Notes: generated from the letters alone by a model not told the origin. DNA of 64,000 bases from Candidatus Fermentibacteraceae bacterium (GCA_041686025.1 JAWLEP010000006.1:1077-65076), one strand, 5' to 3'. Shown: positions 54,933 to 63,690, counted from the first letter of the stretch. Made by a program: numbers and translations.

Positions 54933-55049
54933 GGGGGTCCCCGGAGCTTCGTGGACGGTGTGCTCCGCGCCCCCTTGCAGTATGCTGCAGAGAGCACCGG
55001 AAGTGCAGCATCCCCGCAACGTTCCGCTGACAGAGAGAAGGGAAGATCT

Positions 55050-55841
55050 ATGGGAAGACTTGCAGCGATTATGTGCGTGCTATCGGCCGTGGGGCTGCTG
55101 GCCTGCGGCTCCGACCCGGCCACACCCACGGGCACTCTGCCCAAGGTGCAGGGCCTCACCGTGGTGGACAGCCTGTGCGGGGGCACCGAGGTGTTCCTCT
55201 CCTGGAACTCGGTGGACAGCGTCATAGGCTACAGGATCTACTACGACGAGTCGGGACTGGGCAACTGGTCGGAGCTGAAGTCGGTGGAGGACACCTTCAC
55301 CGTTCATTCGGCAGACAGGTCCTACTACTACACGGTGCTGGGCTTCACGGCCACCAACACCTCCGAGGACTACGCCGACAGGGTGAACACCAGACCCAAC
55401 TACTGCGGCTCCTACCTCCTTCACGACCAGTACGCCTCCACCGACAGCGCCAACGCCATCGTCTTCGGCGAGAGCGCGGGAGTGGCCGGCAGGGCGGAGG
55501 ATACCACCTTTGCCCAGAACGCCTACGTCTACGACGGCGGCTGGTCGCAGAGCCCCATCGGCCTCTACACCGGCGACGCCGGAATCTGGGGCAACGGAGT
55601 CGGCACGCCCATGCAGAGGAGCAACAGCGGTCTGCTGGCTCCCGAGGCCGGATACGACGATGACTCCCTGTACATCATCGACGGCGACTACATCTTCTTC
55701 CAGATGCCCGACGACCACTACGTGAAGGTCTGGGTGGACGGGGTGCTGGAGGATACTACCGTTACCGACACCACCTACTACGCCAGGATCAACTACCAAT
55801 ACCAGCCCATCGAGGGCCTCAGGCTCTTCTCCTATTTCTAG
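55050..55841 (+). CDS. Lipoprotein with FN3-like N-terminal domain
   Basis: ATG 55050. Lipobox GLLAC-GS. VQGLTVVDSLCGGTEVFLSWNSVDSVIGYRIYY is FN3-like. The remainder is of unknown family and ends ...RLFSYF. Confidence 0.7.
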   Translation: MGRLAAIMCVLSAVGLLACGSDPATPTGTLPKVQGLTVVDSLCGGTEVFLSWNSVDSVIGYRIYYDESGLGNWSELKSVEDTFTVHSADRSYYYTVLGFTATNTSEDYADRVNTRPNYCGSYLLHDQYASTDSANAIVFGESAGVAGRAEDTTFAQNAYVYDGGWSQSPIGLYTGDAGIWGNGVGTPMQRSNSGLLAPEAGYDDDSLYIIDGDYIFFQMPDDHYVKVWVDGVLEDTTVTDTTYYARINYQYQPIEGLRLFSYF

Positions 55842-55851
55842 ACTCGGCCCC

Positions 55852-55879
55852 GGACGGGGGCGGAAGCCCGCCCCCGTCC
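55852..55879 (+). terminator. Perfect 12-bp GC hairpin after the lipoprotein gene
   Basis: GGACGGGGGCGG-AAGC-CCGCCCCCGTCC, 10 nt after the stop. There is no U-tract. Confidence 0.5.
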
Positions 55880-55952
55880 AACCCCTGCTGCCGGGCCGCG
55901 GGGAAATAGATACCAACGCGGTACATATTTATTTTGCCAATGATCAAACATA

Positions 55953-55981
55953 TTGACAGCCCTCGCCGGGGGGCGTACAAT
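55953..55981 (+). promoter_or_regulatory. Near-consensus sigma70 promoter
   Basis: TTGACA (55953-55958), exactly 17 nt spacer, TACAAT (55976-55981). AT-rich UP-like sequence (ATATTTATTTTGCCAATGATCAAACATA) lies just upstream. Confidence 0.65.
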
Positions 55982-56036
55982 AGAGGTGAATCGGCGGCGC
56001 AGGGCGCCGTCTGCAGCGTTTCGCCGAAGGAGAGAG

Positions 56037-56162
56037 ATGTACCTGCCCGGAATAGCGGTACCGCTTGGCGTTGTGGCCCTCACCTGGCTGCTGCAGAGGG
56101 TCTGCTGCCTGCCCGAGCCCAGGAGGGACCCGGACCGGATGGACCGAGCCTCCCGGGTCTGA
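56037..56162 (+). CDS. 41-aa hydrophobic peptide
   Basis: AAGGAGAGAG lies immediately before the ATG. MYLPGIAVPLGVVALTWLLQRVCCLPEPRRDPDRMDRASRV has one TM-like segment plus a charged tail. Its stop is 4 nt from the convergent sulfotransferase stop. Confidence 0.45.
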   Translation: MYLPGIAVPLGVVALTWLLQRVCCLPEPRRDPDRMDRASRV

Positions 56163-56166
56163 GGGG

Positions 56167-56931
56167 CTAGGGCAGGTAGCCGAGACTCTGGCTGAGGGCT
56201 ACGGCCTCTCCGTCTGCCATGAACTCATCCAGCCTCTGGCGGTGCTCGGGCCTGGCCCACTTCCCAACGGCCCTGGAATGCAGCTTCTGCAGCGGCTCCG
56301 CCCAGTGCCTGCTCCTCTTGATAGACGTATGGGCAAGCCAGTCCATCACCTCGGGCGTCACCGGCTCGTCCAGGAAGTCCAGAAGCCTGCGCATCTCGGA
56401 CTGAAAATCGTCGATCAGGTCCTCGTACCGCACCGTGTGGACGAAGGGGCTGTCCGCGAAAGCCAGCCCGGCCCTGACGTCGCCCACCCACCTGTCCACG
56501 GAAACCCAGTACTGGTCGGGTCTGTGCCTGGGATGCCTGGAGGTGACCACGTCCCGGCCGTCGCGCACCATGTGAACCAGCCTGGCCCCTCCGTCGAACC
56601 AGGAGAGGATGCGGCCGAAGTGCTGGACGTTCTTGGGCGTCTTCTCGCACCATCTGACGCAGTCCGGCCCGGGGCGGTGCAGCAGCAGCTGCCGGTGGAG
56701 ACGGTCCAGCCGGGTGGGCCTTCCCTCTTCGTCCCAGCGGGTGAACGCGTAGGTCTGCTTACGTATGCCGTGGATGTGCGGATGGGCGTCCAGCATGGAG
56801 AGCAGCAGGGTGGTCCCGGACCTGGGGCAGGCTCCGATGATGATCGGCTTGCCGGTGAAGGCGCGTTCCTCCACCCTGCGGCCGAGGCCGATCACCAGGG
56901 GCTTCAGCAGGCGCTTGAGGCGGTTCTCCAT
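56167..56931 (-). CDS. Sulfotransferase-family protein
   Basis: The 5'-PSB loop IIIGACPRSGTTLL and the 3'-PB-like VRDGRDVVTS are present. 254 aa. ATG 56931 lies 5 nt after the upstream stop. Confidence 0.8.
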   Translation of the reverse strand: MENRLKRLLKPLVIGLGRRVEERAFTGKPIIIGACPRSGTTLLLSMLDAHPHIHGIRKQTYAFTRWDEEGRPTRLDRLHRQLLLHRPGPDCVRWCEKTPKNVQHFGRILSWFDGGARLVHMVRDGRDVVTSRHPRHRPDQYWVSVDRWVGDVRAGLAFADSPFVHTVRYEDLIDDFQSEMRRLLDFLDEPVTPEVMDWLAHTSIKRSRHWAEPLQKLHSRAVGKWARPEHRQRLDEFMADGEAVALSQSLGYLP

Positions 56932-56936
56932 TCGTC

Positions 56937-57692
56937 TCAGCCCATCTGGGGCTCGAAGATGGCCTCGGCCCTTTCCAGGTCTTCCTTGGTGTCGATCTCC
57001 CACCAGCTGAGGTCGCCGGTGCGCAGGGCGGCGAAGCTGTGTCCGGCATCGATTCCGTCCCGGATTATGGCCTCGTAGTAGTAGGAGACCTCGCCGTCTT
57101 CGATGTAGCTGTCGAGGTCGTCGCGGAAGTAGTCGGCGTAGAAGCCGGCGCCGATCCTGTAGAAGTTCACCGTCTTGAACTTGCCGGAGTAGTCGAAATC
57201 CTCTCCCTGGCTGCGCTTCAGATGGACCGCCGCCACCCGTCCGTGGCCGTCCAGCGAGACCACCGTGCCGTCCATGCGGGGGGTGTAGCCGTCCACCACC
57301 ATCACGTTCTCCGCGGGGTGGTGCATCATTCTCCCGATCAGTCCGGACTGGAAGAAGACGTCGGCCTCGAACAGGCAGAACCCCCGGTCGAGGTGCTCCC
57401 GGGCCAGCCAGAGGGAGTAGATGTTGTTGGTGATGTCGAAGTCCGGGTTCTCCACGAACACCAGCTCGGCGGCCCCGGCGTACTCCTGCAGGTGGTCGAT
57501 TATCAGCTCCGACCGGTAGCCCACCACCAGCACTATCTTTCCGAACCCGTTGTCGATCAGAGACTCCACGAGGTTGGAGAGTATGGATCTGCCCCCCACC
57601 TCCACCAGCGGCTTGGGCATGTTGTGGCTGAGCTCCTCCAGCCGGGCGCCCCTGCCCGCGGCCAGGATCACTGCCGTGTCCGACGACTCCAT
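56937..57692 (-). CDS. Nucleotidyltransferase (LicC/TarI-like cytidylyltransferase family)
   Basis: AVILAAGRGARLEELSHNMPKPLVEVGGRSIL is a G-rich NTP loop. NNIYSLWLA is also present. 251 aa. Confidence 0.8.
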   Translation of the reverse strand: MESSDTAVILAAGRGARLEELSHNMPKPLVEVGGRSILSNLVESLIDNGFGKIVLVVGYRSELIIDHLQEYAGAAELVFVENPDFDITNNIYSLWLAREHLDRGFCLFEADVFFQSGLIGRMMHHPAENVMVVDGYTPRMDGTVVSLDGHGRVAAVHLKRSQGEDFDYSGKFKTVNFYRIGAGFYADYFRDDLDSYIEDGEVSYYYEAIIRDGIDAGHSFAALRTGDLSWWEIDTKEDLERAEAIFEPQMG

Positions 57693-57707
57693 AGGTCCCT
57701 TCTGAAT

Positions 57708-58313
57708 CTAGTAGAGGATCTTCCTGTCGCAGCTGTCGCTGGTCCGGAAGTCCCACTCCTTTATCGGTGTGCGCCAGTCCTTGCCGTAGTGGTACTCCAG
57801 GTAGCCCTCGTAATCCTCGGGCACCGAGTATTCCATCCCGTCGAACTCCATCCGGGTGGACTCCTCGTAGAACCTGCGCGGCGTGGACTTCATCACCGCC
57901 TTCTTCACCCCCACGGTCCAGTAGTAGCGGTCGTCCACCAGGCGCTTGACGAATATGTCCATCAGCGAGATGTCCTTCACGAAGACCAGCCTGCGGGTCT
58001 GTATGCGGATGATGCGGACCTGGCCCCTGCGGAAGGGGCCCACATCCCTCTTGTAGCGCCTTACGTAGAACCTGTACCCCTTCAGCCAGAACCGCCAGCG
58101 GTTCCTGAGCAGCTTTTTCTCAAAGTCCGCGGTGACGGTGATGTCCACGTCGTTGTCCCAGGGCAGCAGCCTGTTCTCCCGGACGATCCCCAGCAGCGTG
58201 CCGGCCTCCAGGACGTAGTGTATGCCGCAGCGGTCCAGTATCTCGCCGGTGTCGCGCAGCATCTTCAGGGCCTTGTCCAGGACCTCGCCCTCCAGCCGCC
58301 TGCTGCCCGCCAT
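57708..58313 (-). CDS. LicD-family phosphotransferase
   Basis: YVLEAGTLLGIVRENRLLPWDNDVDITV is the LicD DxD-type core. The ATG overlaps the upstream TAA (TAATG). Confidence 0.8.
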   Translation of the reverse strand: MAGSRRLEGEVLDKALKMLRDTGEILDRCGIHYVLEAGTLLGIVRENRLLPWDNDVDITVTADFEKKLLRNRWRFWLKGYRFYVRRYKRDVGPFRRGQVRIIRIQTRRLVFVKDISLMDIFVKRLVDDRYYWTVGVKKAVMKSTPRRFYEESTRMEFDGMEYSVPEDYEGYLEYHYGKDWRTPIKEWDFRTSDSCDRKILY

Positions 58314-59359
58314 TACCTCAGATACCCCTTCCTGAATATTCCGTGCCAGATCACCTGCATCTTGCGGAACAGGTTCAGCGGCTTGCGCCGCGCCGGAAGG
58401 ATTCCGGGATCCTCCGCAATCTCCGAGAGCAGCCCCATCACCCTCTGGCTGCACCTGCCGTCGAGGTAGGGGTTGACCTGCTCCAGCGCGCTGCGGCTCC
58501 CGGCGGAGCCGGGCTCGGCCAGGGCCCCGTCCACAGCCCCCCGGAGCTGCCCCGGCTCGGCGATGTCGATGGCCTTGCCGGGCCGGGCCAGCGTTCTGTA
58601 GGTAACCACGGGACCGCCCAGGACCATGTACTCGTACACCACCGAGGAGGTATCGGACACCAGTACGTCGGCCAGGTGCAGCAGGGGGGTCACATCATAG
58701 GTATCCACCAGCCGCACGTTGTCAATGCCCCGAAGCCTGCGGGCCTCCCGTCCGGCGTCGGCTCCGGCCAGCTCGTGCAGCTTCAGCAGCCACACCTCGT
58801 CCTCCCGGACGCATCCGGGTATCTCGGGGAGCAGGTCGGTGGCCGACTCCATGCCGGCGCTTACGGTGGGCGCGTAGAGGACAACCCGGCTGCCTTCGGG
58901 AATGCCCCAGCGCTTCCGCAGGCCGGCGGCGTCGAAGCCCAGTATGTGGTCCACCTTGGGCCACCCCGTCTCCCTCACCAGGAAGTAGCCGTGCTTCCTC
59001 TGCAGCCTCTCGAAGCGCTCCGTCACCAGGGGCCCGGAGGTGCAGTAGACATCGAAGAAGTGGCGTATTCGGTAGTGGGAGGGCTTCTCCACCGCCAGGC
59101 CGTGGAACACCTGCACCTTCACGCCGGGCAGGCGGAAGTCCACGAAGTTCCCCGGGCAGACCACGAAGTCCGGATCGAATCTCCTGCCCCCGTCCAGGGT
59201 GGTGAGCACCGTCGCCTCCGCCAGCTCCGCAGGCAGCACCTCCAGCACCTTGGCGGACACGTAGAGGGCGAAGGGGATGCCGTTCTCCCGGCAGTACCCG
59301 GCCAGGGGCTGCACCACGGGGATCGAGTACCGCTTGGCCACGTAGAAGAGCACCCTCAC
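58313..59359 (-). CDS. CDP-glycerol glycerophosphotransferase (TagB/TagF-like) family protein
   Basis: GTG 59359 sits in a GTGA overlap with the GT9 stop. HGLAVEKPSHY..., VLYAPT..., ADVLVSDTSSVVYEYMVLGGPVV fit the Glyphos_transf pattern. Confidence 0.7.
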   Translation of the reverse strand: MRVLFYVAKRYSIPVVQPLAGYCRENGIPFALYVSAKVLEVLPAELAEATVLTTLDGGRRFDPDFVVCPGNFVDFRLPGVKVQVFHGLAVEKPSHYRIRHFFDVYCTSGPLVTERFERLQRKHGYFLVRETGWPKVDHILGFDAAGLRKRWGIPEGSRVVLYAPTVSAGMESATDLLPEIPGCVREDEVWLLKLHELAGADAGREARRLRGIDNVRLVDTYDVTPLLHLADVLVSDTSSVVYEYMVLGGPVVTYRTLARPGKAIDIAEPGQLRGAVDGALAEPGSAGSRSALEQVNPYLDGRCSQRVMGLLSEIAEDPGILPARRKPLNLFRKMQVIWHGIFRKGYLR

Positions 59360-60393
59360 GCCTCCAGCACCTCCGCCAGCTTCTCCAGGACCTCCTCCGG
59401 CGCCACCCCGAAGGTGGTGTCGGTGGGGTCGTGGTGCTCCCAGTTTCGCAGGAAGGCGTGCCGCGGCAGGTGCCAGGCCGTCCACTTTCTGGGGTTTGAG
59501 GTGGGACCGAACACCGCCACCGACGGCGTCTCCATGGCAACTGCCAGGTGGTTGATCCCTCCGTCGTTGCCGGCGTAGGCCGCCGATCTCCGCAGCATGG
59601 CCCCGGCCTGGTTGAAGCTGGTGGGGGGAGCGAGGTACGGCCGGGTCTCCATGCCTTCGGCCACCAGCTCGCTGAGCTCCCTCTCCCCGGGGCCCCAGAG
59701 GAGCACCACGGGCCGCTCCAGGCGGCGGACGATCATGTCCCCCAGCTTCGAGAAGCATTCGGGCCTCCACTGCTTCCGGGCCAGGGGGCTGGCGGGGGAG
59801 ATGGTCACCATCCTGCCGTGGTCCAGCCCCTCGCGGCGGAGCCACCGGCCCACGTACTCCTGCGACTCGGGCCTTACGCGGTAGTAGAGGCCGTGGGGCA
59901 CCTCCCGGATGCCCAGGGGGGCCAGCAGGTCGAACTTGGAGCGGGCGTAGTAGCGCTGGTTGTCGCGTTTCACCTGGTAGTTGTAGACCCAGTTCCACCG
60001 CCTGAGCCTCCAGCCCAGGCGGTACCGGGCTCCGCTGAAGAGGGTGATCTGCGCCGAGCCCGGCCCCCGGAGCATGTCCACCACCACGTGGTAGCCCCGG
60101 CTGCGCACCATCCGCACCACCCGGAGCCTCTCCCTCAGGTAGGGGATGGTGTCCCGCTTGAGCTTGCGCATCGGCAGGAGGTCGTCCAGCCAGGGGTTGT
60201 CCACCAGTACTGTGCGGTAGGGCTCCTGCACAAGGAAGTCTATGCGGGCCTCGGGGAAGTGGCGGCGCAGCTCGGGCATGTACCCGGTGTTCAGCAGGAC
60301 GTCGCCGAAGGGCTTGTACTGGATCAGCAGGATTCTGCCGATGCTCTGCAGCTCTTCGGGGGGAATGGTCTTGCCGGTTCCTGGGCCGCTCAT
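59356..60393 (-). CDS. Glycosyltransferase family 9 (heptosyltransferase-like)
   Basis: RILLIQYKPFGDVLLNTGYMPELRRHFPEARIDFLV and the C-terminal GNDGGINHLAVAMETPSVAVFGPT are classic GT9 motifs. Confidence 0.85.
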   Translation of the reverse strand: MSGPGTGKTIPPEELQSIGRILLIQYKPFGDVLLNTGYMPELRRHFPEARIDFLVQEPYRTVLVDNPWLDDLLPMRKLKRDTIPYLRERLRVVRMVRSRGYHVVVDMLRGPGSAQITLFSGARYRLGWRLRRWNWVYNYQVKRDNQRYYARSKFDLLAPLGIREVPHGLYYRVRPESQEYVGRWLRREGLDHGRMVTISPASPLARKQWRPECFSKLGDMIVRRLERPVVLLWGPGERELSELVAEGMETRPYLAPPTSFNQAGAMLRRSAAYAGNDGGINHLAVAMETPSVAVFGPTSNPRKWTAWHLPRHAFLRNWEHHDPTDTTFGVAPEEVLEKLAEVLEA

Positions 60394-60794
60394 GTCCCGG
60401 AGGGGTCACCCGCCTCCGCGCCGTAGTCGGCGTACTCCTTCTCCTCGATGAGGTCGGAGCCGTGGCGCAGGTTGATCTCCCGCTTCAGCCGGGCCCTCTC
60501 GTCGTTGCTGAAGTAGACGCTGCGGGCCAGCCTCACGAACTCCTCGTCGAACTCCTTCCGCGCCTCCTTGCGGCGGATGTCGTCCTCGATCTCCCACAGA
60601 CGGAGGTTCACCGCCCGCAGGCCCTCCATCTCGGCGGGATCCAGCCGGACGCCGGCCTCCTCAAGGGCCCCCTCCAGCGACTCCAGCTCCCTGCGGACGT
60701 TGGCCCTCTTCTCCGGGTCCCCGAACTTCTCCAGCTTTATCTGGAGAATGCTCAGCTTGTCAGCCACCTCGCCTATGGATACCTCTATCCTCAT
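60390..60794 (-). CDS. DUF6165-like protein
   Basis: MRIEVSIGEVADKLSILQIKLEKF...LWEIEDDIRRKE...LARSVYFSNDERARLKREIN matches my memory of DUF6165. It has an ATGA overlap with GT9. The alternative start is ATG 60848. Confidence 0.55.
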   Translation of the reverse strand: MRIEVSIGEVADKLSILQIKLEKFGDPEKRANVRRELESLEGALEEAGVRLDPAEMEGLRAVNLRLWEIEDDIRRKEARKEFDEEFVRLARSVYFSNDERARLKREINLRHGSDLIEEKEYADYGAEAGDPSGT

Positions 60795-60905
60795 CCGGCC
60801 GTCCCATCCCCCTGCGTTCGCCGCATCATCCCCAAACAGCTCGGACATGCCGCAGCGCTCGGCCCTTGCATCTAAGCCGTTGGAGCCTCGGCATGTCCGG
60901 CCCAT

Positions 60906-60914
60906 AATATACCA
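60906..60914 (-). promoter_or_regulatory. Extended -10 element for the minus-strand glycan operon
   Basis: The minus strand reads TGGTATATT (TGnTATAxT). No good -35 is present. It lies in the AT-richer patch of the divergent region. Confidence 0.3.
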
Positions 60915-60964
60915 ACGGCCGCTCAATGCGGGGAGTGAGGCCCCGGCGAAGCCCCGGCGGCTAC

Positions 60965-60994
60965 TTGACCCGCGAATCCGCGCCGGCGTATCAT
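60965..60994 (+). promoter_or_regulatory. Sigma70-like promoter for the plus-strand glycan operon
   Basis: TTGACC-18 nt-TATCAT, about 75 nt upstream of ATG 61071. Confidence 0.45.
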
Positions 60995-61070
60995 CATCTT
61001 CCATAACGGGGCGGGCACCGTACAGGCCGGCCGCCGCAGCCGGCCGGCAGCATCCGAGCACCGGGGACAG

Positions 61071-62126
61071 ATGAACTACTCTCAGTACGTAATATACGTA
61101 CCCTATACGGTAACCTGGTACCTGGTCCGCTTCCTCCGCCGTCTGTTCCGACGGCCTCCGGTCCTGGCCTTCTACTGCGGCAACACCCTGGACTACGTGG
61201 TCATGCGCGGCGTCATCGCACGCTTTCGGCAGGCCCGGGTCGTCGCCAAGAGGAGAAGGACGCGCCGCCGGCTGAGGGAGGAGTACGGAGTGCGCCGCTG
61301 CGGGCTGTACCCGGCCTTCCCCGACGTGGTGGTGATGGCCAGGCACGTGGCCAGGAAGTTCCCCGGCAGGAGCATCAGGAGGATTGGCATGCGCCACGGC
61401 GCCTATCACTTCAAGGACTTCGTCTCCGCCCGGCGGTACAACGCCTTCGACGCCTACATGGTCACCTCCAGCCGGGAGGTGGAGCTGGCCCGGCGCAAGG
61501 GGATCGAGTCGGCGGTGGCGGTGGGCTTTCCCAAGCTGGACCCCGCCTTCGACGGGTCCATCACCGAGAGGGACCTGGCCGAGCTCGGAGAGCGTATCGG
61601 AATGGACCCCGACCGCCGCACCGTGGTGATGACCGCCACCTGGGAGCGTTCCCGCATGTCGGCCGTGGACAAGTGGATAGACCGCCTGGACGAGCTGGCC
61701 GCCGACTACAACGTCCTGGTCACCCTGCACCCGTGGGTGTCCGACGAGTACGCCGAGAAGGCCCGCCGGGCCCCCGGAGTATGCTACATAGAGGGCCGCG
61801 ACGTTCTCCCCTACCTGATGCTGGCCGACGTGATGGTGGCCGACATGAGCTCCATAGTGGCGGAGTTCTGCGCCCTGGACCGTCCCATAGTGGGCTTCCG
61901 GGTCACCGAGGGCACCAGGCTGTCGCCGGAGATACAGCGGATGATGGACGAGATCTCACTGCAGGTGGGGGACTTCGAGGGAATGCTGCAGGCCATTGAG
62001 AGGTCCCTGGCCCACCCCGGGGAGCTCTCCGGGGCCAGGAGTCGCTGGAACCGGATCATGTTCGACCGTCTCGACGGCCGGGCGGCGCAGAGGGCCGCCG
62101 GGGTAATCCGGGAGTACCTGCGGTGA
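61071..62126 (+). CDS. CDP-glycerol glycerophosphotransferase (TagB/TagF-like) family protein
   Basis: GMRHGAYHFKDF, VVMTATWE..., LADVMVADMSSIVAEFCALDRPIV fit the same Glyphos_transf pattern as 58313-59359. Confidence 0.7.
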   Translation: MNYSQYVIYVPYTVTWYLVRFLRRLFRRPPVLAFYCGNTLDYVVMRGVIARFRQARVVAKRRRTRRRLREEYGVRRCGLYPAFPDVVVMARHVARKFPGRSIRRIGMRHGAYHFKDFVSARRYNAFDAYMVTSSREVELARRKGIESAVAVGFPKLDPAFDGSITERDLAELGERIGMDPDRRTVVMTATWERSRMSAVDKWIDRLDELAADYNVLVTLHPWVSDEYAEKARRAPGVCYIEGRDVLPYLMLADVMVADMSSIVAEFCALDRPIVGFRVTEGTRLSPEIQRMMDEISLQVGDFEGMLQAIERSLAHPGELSGARSRWNRIMFDRLDGRAAQRAAGVIREYLR

Positions 62127-63124
62127 AGCTGGGCATTCTCACCGCCTTCCGCAGGCAGCACAGGTACTACGTCCGCTCCTGCCGGGAGCTGGGGGTCGAC
62201 CACGAGGTGGTGGACATCATCGGCGACGGCTGGTACGAGAGGCTTCGGGACTCCGACTGCCACGGCTTCCTCTGCCGGCCCCCCTCCAAGTTCGCCGAGT
62301 GGAAGGCCATGTACGACGAGCGGCTCTGGGTCCTCAACCGGCTGCTGCAAAGGCCCATCTACCCCGGCCTGGAGGAGCTGCGTCTGTACGAGAACAAGCG
62401 GCTGAGCGCCTACTGGCTGCAGCATCACGGGATACCGCATCCCAAGACCCGGGTCTTCTACCGCAAGGCCGAGTACATGGATTTCGTCTCCCGCCGGGCG
62501 GAGGTTCCCTTCGTAACCAAGGTGAACACCGGGAGCACGGGCAAGGGCGTGCGGATAGTCCGCTCCCGGCTGGCGGCCAGAATGATCGGCCACCTCGCCT
62601 TCGGGGTCTTCAACAACAAGGTGGCCCCGGGCTACTCGCCGCAGACCACCGGCAGGGTCATCCCCTTTCCCGCCATCGGCACCTTCCAGCGGCACCACGT
62701 TCTGCTGCAGGAGTACCACCCCCTCAGGTGGGAGTGGAGGGTGGTGCGGATAGGGGAGTCCTACTTCGGCCACCGCAAGCTCCTGGAGGGGGACTACGCC
62801 AGCGGCTCGCGGAGGAAGGGCTGGGTTCCCCCTCCGGAGGAGCTGCTGCAGCTGGTCCGCCGGATCTGCGACACCGGCGGGTTTCGCTCCATGGCGGTGG
62901 ACGTCTTCGAAACCGAGGAGGGGGAGTACCTGGTGAACGAGCTGCAGTCCATATTCGGCCAGTCCACCGACCATCTCATGTACGTGGACGGCCGGCCGGG
63001 CCGGTACCTGTACGACAACGGCCGCTTCCGCTTCCAGGAGGGCGAGTTCAACCGCCACCGCAGCTTCCTTCTTCGCGTGCAGGACTTCATCCGATTGCTG
63101 GAGGCCGAGGGCCCCAGCCGCTGA
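62123..63124 (+). CDS. ATP-grasp domain protein (RimK-like)
   Basis: GTGA overlap with the upstream gene. ENKRLSAYWLQHHGIPHPKT...VPFVTKVNTGSTGKGVRIV...WRVVRIG...VDVFETEEGEYLVNELQ is the ATP-grasp layout. Confidence 0.75.
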   Translation: MKLGILTAFRRQHRYYVRSCRELGVDHEVVDIIGDGWYERLRDSDCHGFLCRPPSKFAEWKAMYDERLWVLNRLLQRPIYPGLEELRLYENKRLSAYWLQHHGIPHPKTRVFYRKAEYMDFVSRRAEVPFVTKVNTGSTGKGVRIVRSRLAARMIGHLAFGVFNNKVAPGYSPQTTGRVIPFPAIGTFQRHHVLLQEYHPLRWEWRVVRIGESYFGHRKLLEGDYASGSRRKGWVPPPEELLQLVRRICDTGGFRSMAVDVFETEEGEYLVNELQSIFGQSTDHLMYVDGRPGRYLYDNGRFRFQEGEFNRHRSFLLRVQDFIRLLEAEGPSR

Positions 63125-63140
63125 AACGGAGGATCGTGAC

Positions 63141-63605
63141 ATGGGCAAGACCGGCGTACTCTTCCTCTGCGTGGGAAACTCCTGCCGCAGCCAGATGGCC
63201 GAGGGATTCGCCAGACACCTCCATGGAGACCGTCTGGAGGTCGCCTCGGCGGGGTCGGCGGCCCGGGGAGTGGACCCCAGGGCGGTACGGGTGATGGCCG
63301 AGGCGGGGGTGGACATCTCCCGCCAGCGCAGCAAGAACACCGATGAGCTGCAGGGCCGGCGCTTCGACTACGTGATAACCGTATGCGACCCCGAGGGAGA
63401 GGCCTGTCCCTTCTTTCCCGCCGGCAGGGCGTCCATTCACAGGTCCTTTCCCGACCCTCCGAAGCTGGCCGCCTCCGCCGCCGACGAGGAGGAGGCCCTG
63501 GACATCTACCGCCGGGTGCGGGACAGCATCCGCGAGTTCGTCACCCGGCTGCCGGACTCCCTCCCCCCCACGATGGTGCACGATGGTGCCAGGCACTTGA
63601 ATTGA
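63141..63605 (+). CDS. arsC: LMW-PTP-fold arsenate reductase-like protein (thioredoxin-coupled type)
   Basis: The P-loop LCVGNSCRSQMAEG and the downstream Cys pair in VITVCDPEGEACPFFP resemble the Cys10/82/89 ArsC pattern. No arsR, arsB or acr3 is visible in the window. Confidence 0.7.
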   Translation: MGKTGVLFLCVGNSCRSQMAEGFARHLHGDRLEVASAGSAARGVDPRAVRVMAEAGVDISRQRSKNTDELQGRRFDYVITVCDPEGEACPFFPAGRASIHRSFPDPPKLAASAADEEEALDIYRRVRDSIREFVTRLPDSLPPTMVHDGARHLN

Positions 63606-63690
63606 ACGGTGAATACGTAGGGAATACGGTGCAGATGCCCTGGCGGAGGGAATTCCTACCTGCCAACCGTTGAACGTAAGTGCCTGGCAC
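63586..63690. repeat. Two copies of the palindromic 11-mer GTGCCWGGCAC forming a long imperfect inverted repeat
   Basis: GTGCCAGGCACTT (63586-63598) and AAGTGCCTGGCAC (63678-63690) are exact complements. AACGGT (63605-63610) and ACCGTT (63666-63671) extend the pairing. A 10-bp tandem duplication ACGATGGTGC x2 abuts the left arm. Confidence 0.6.
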
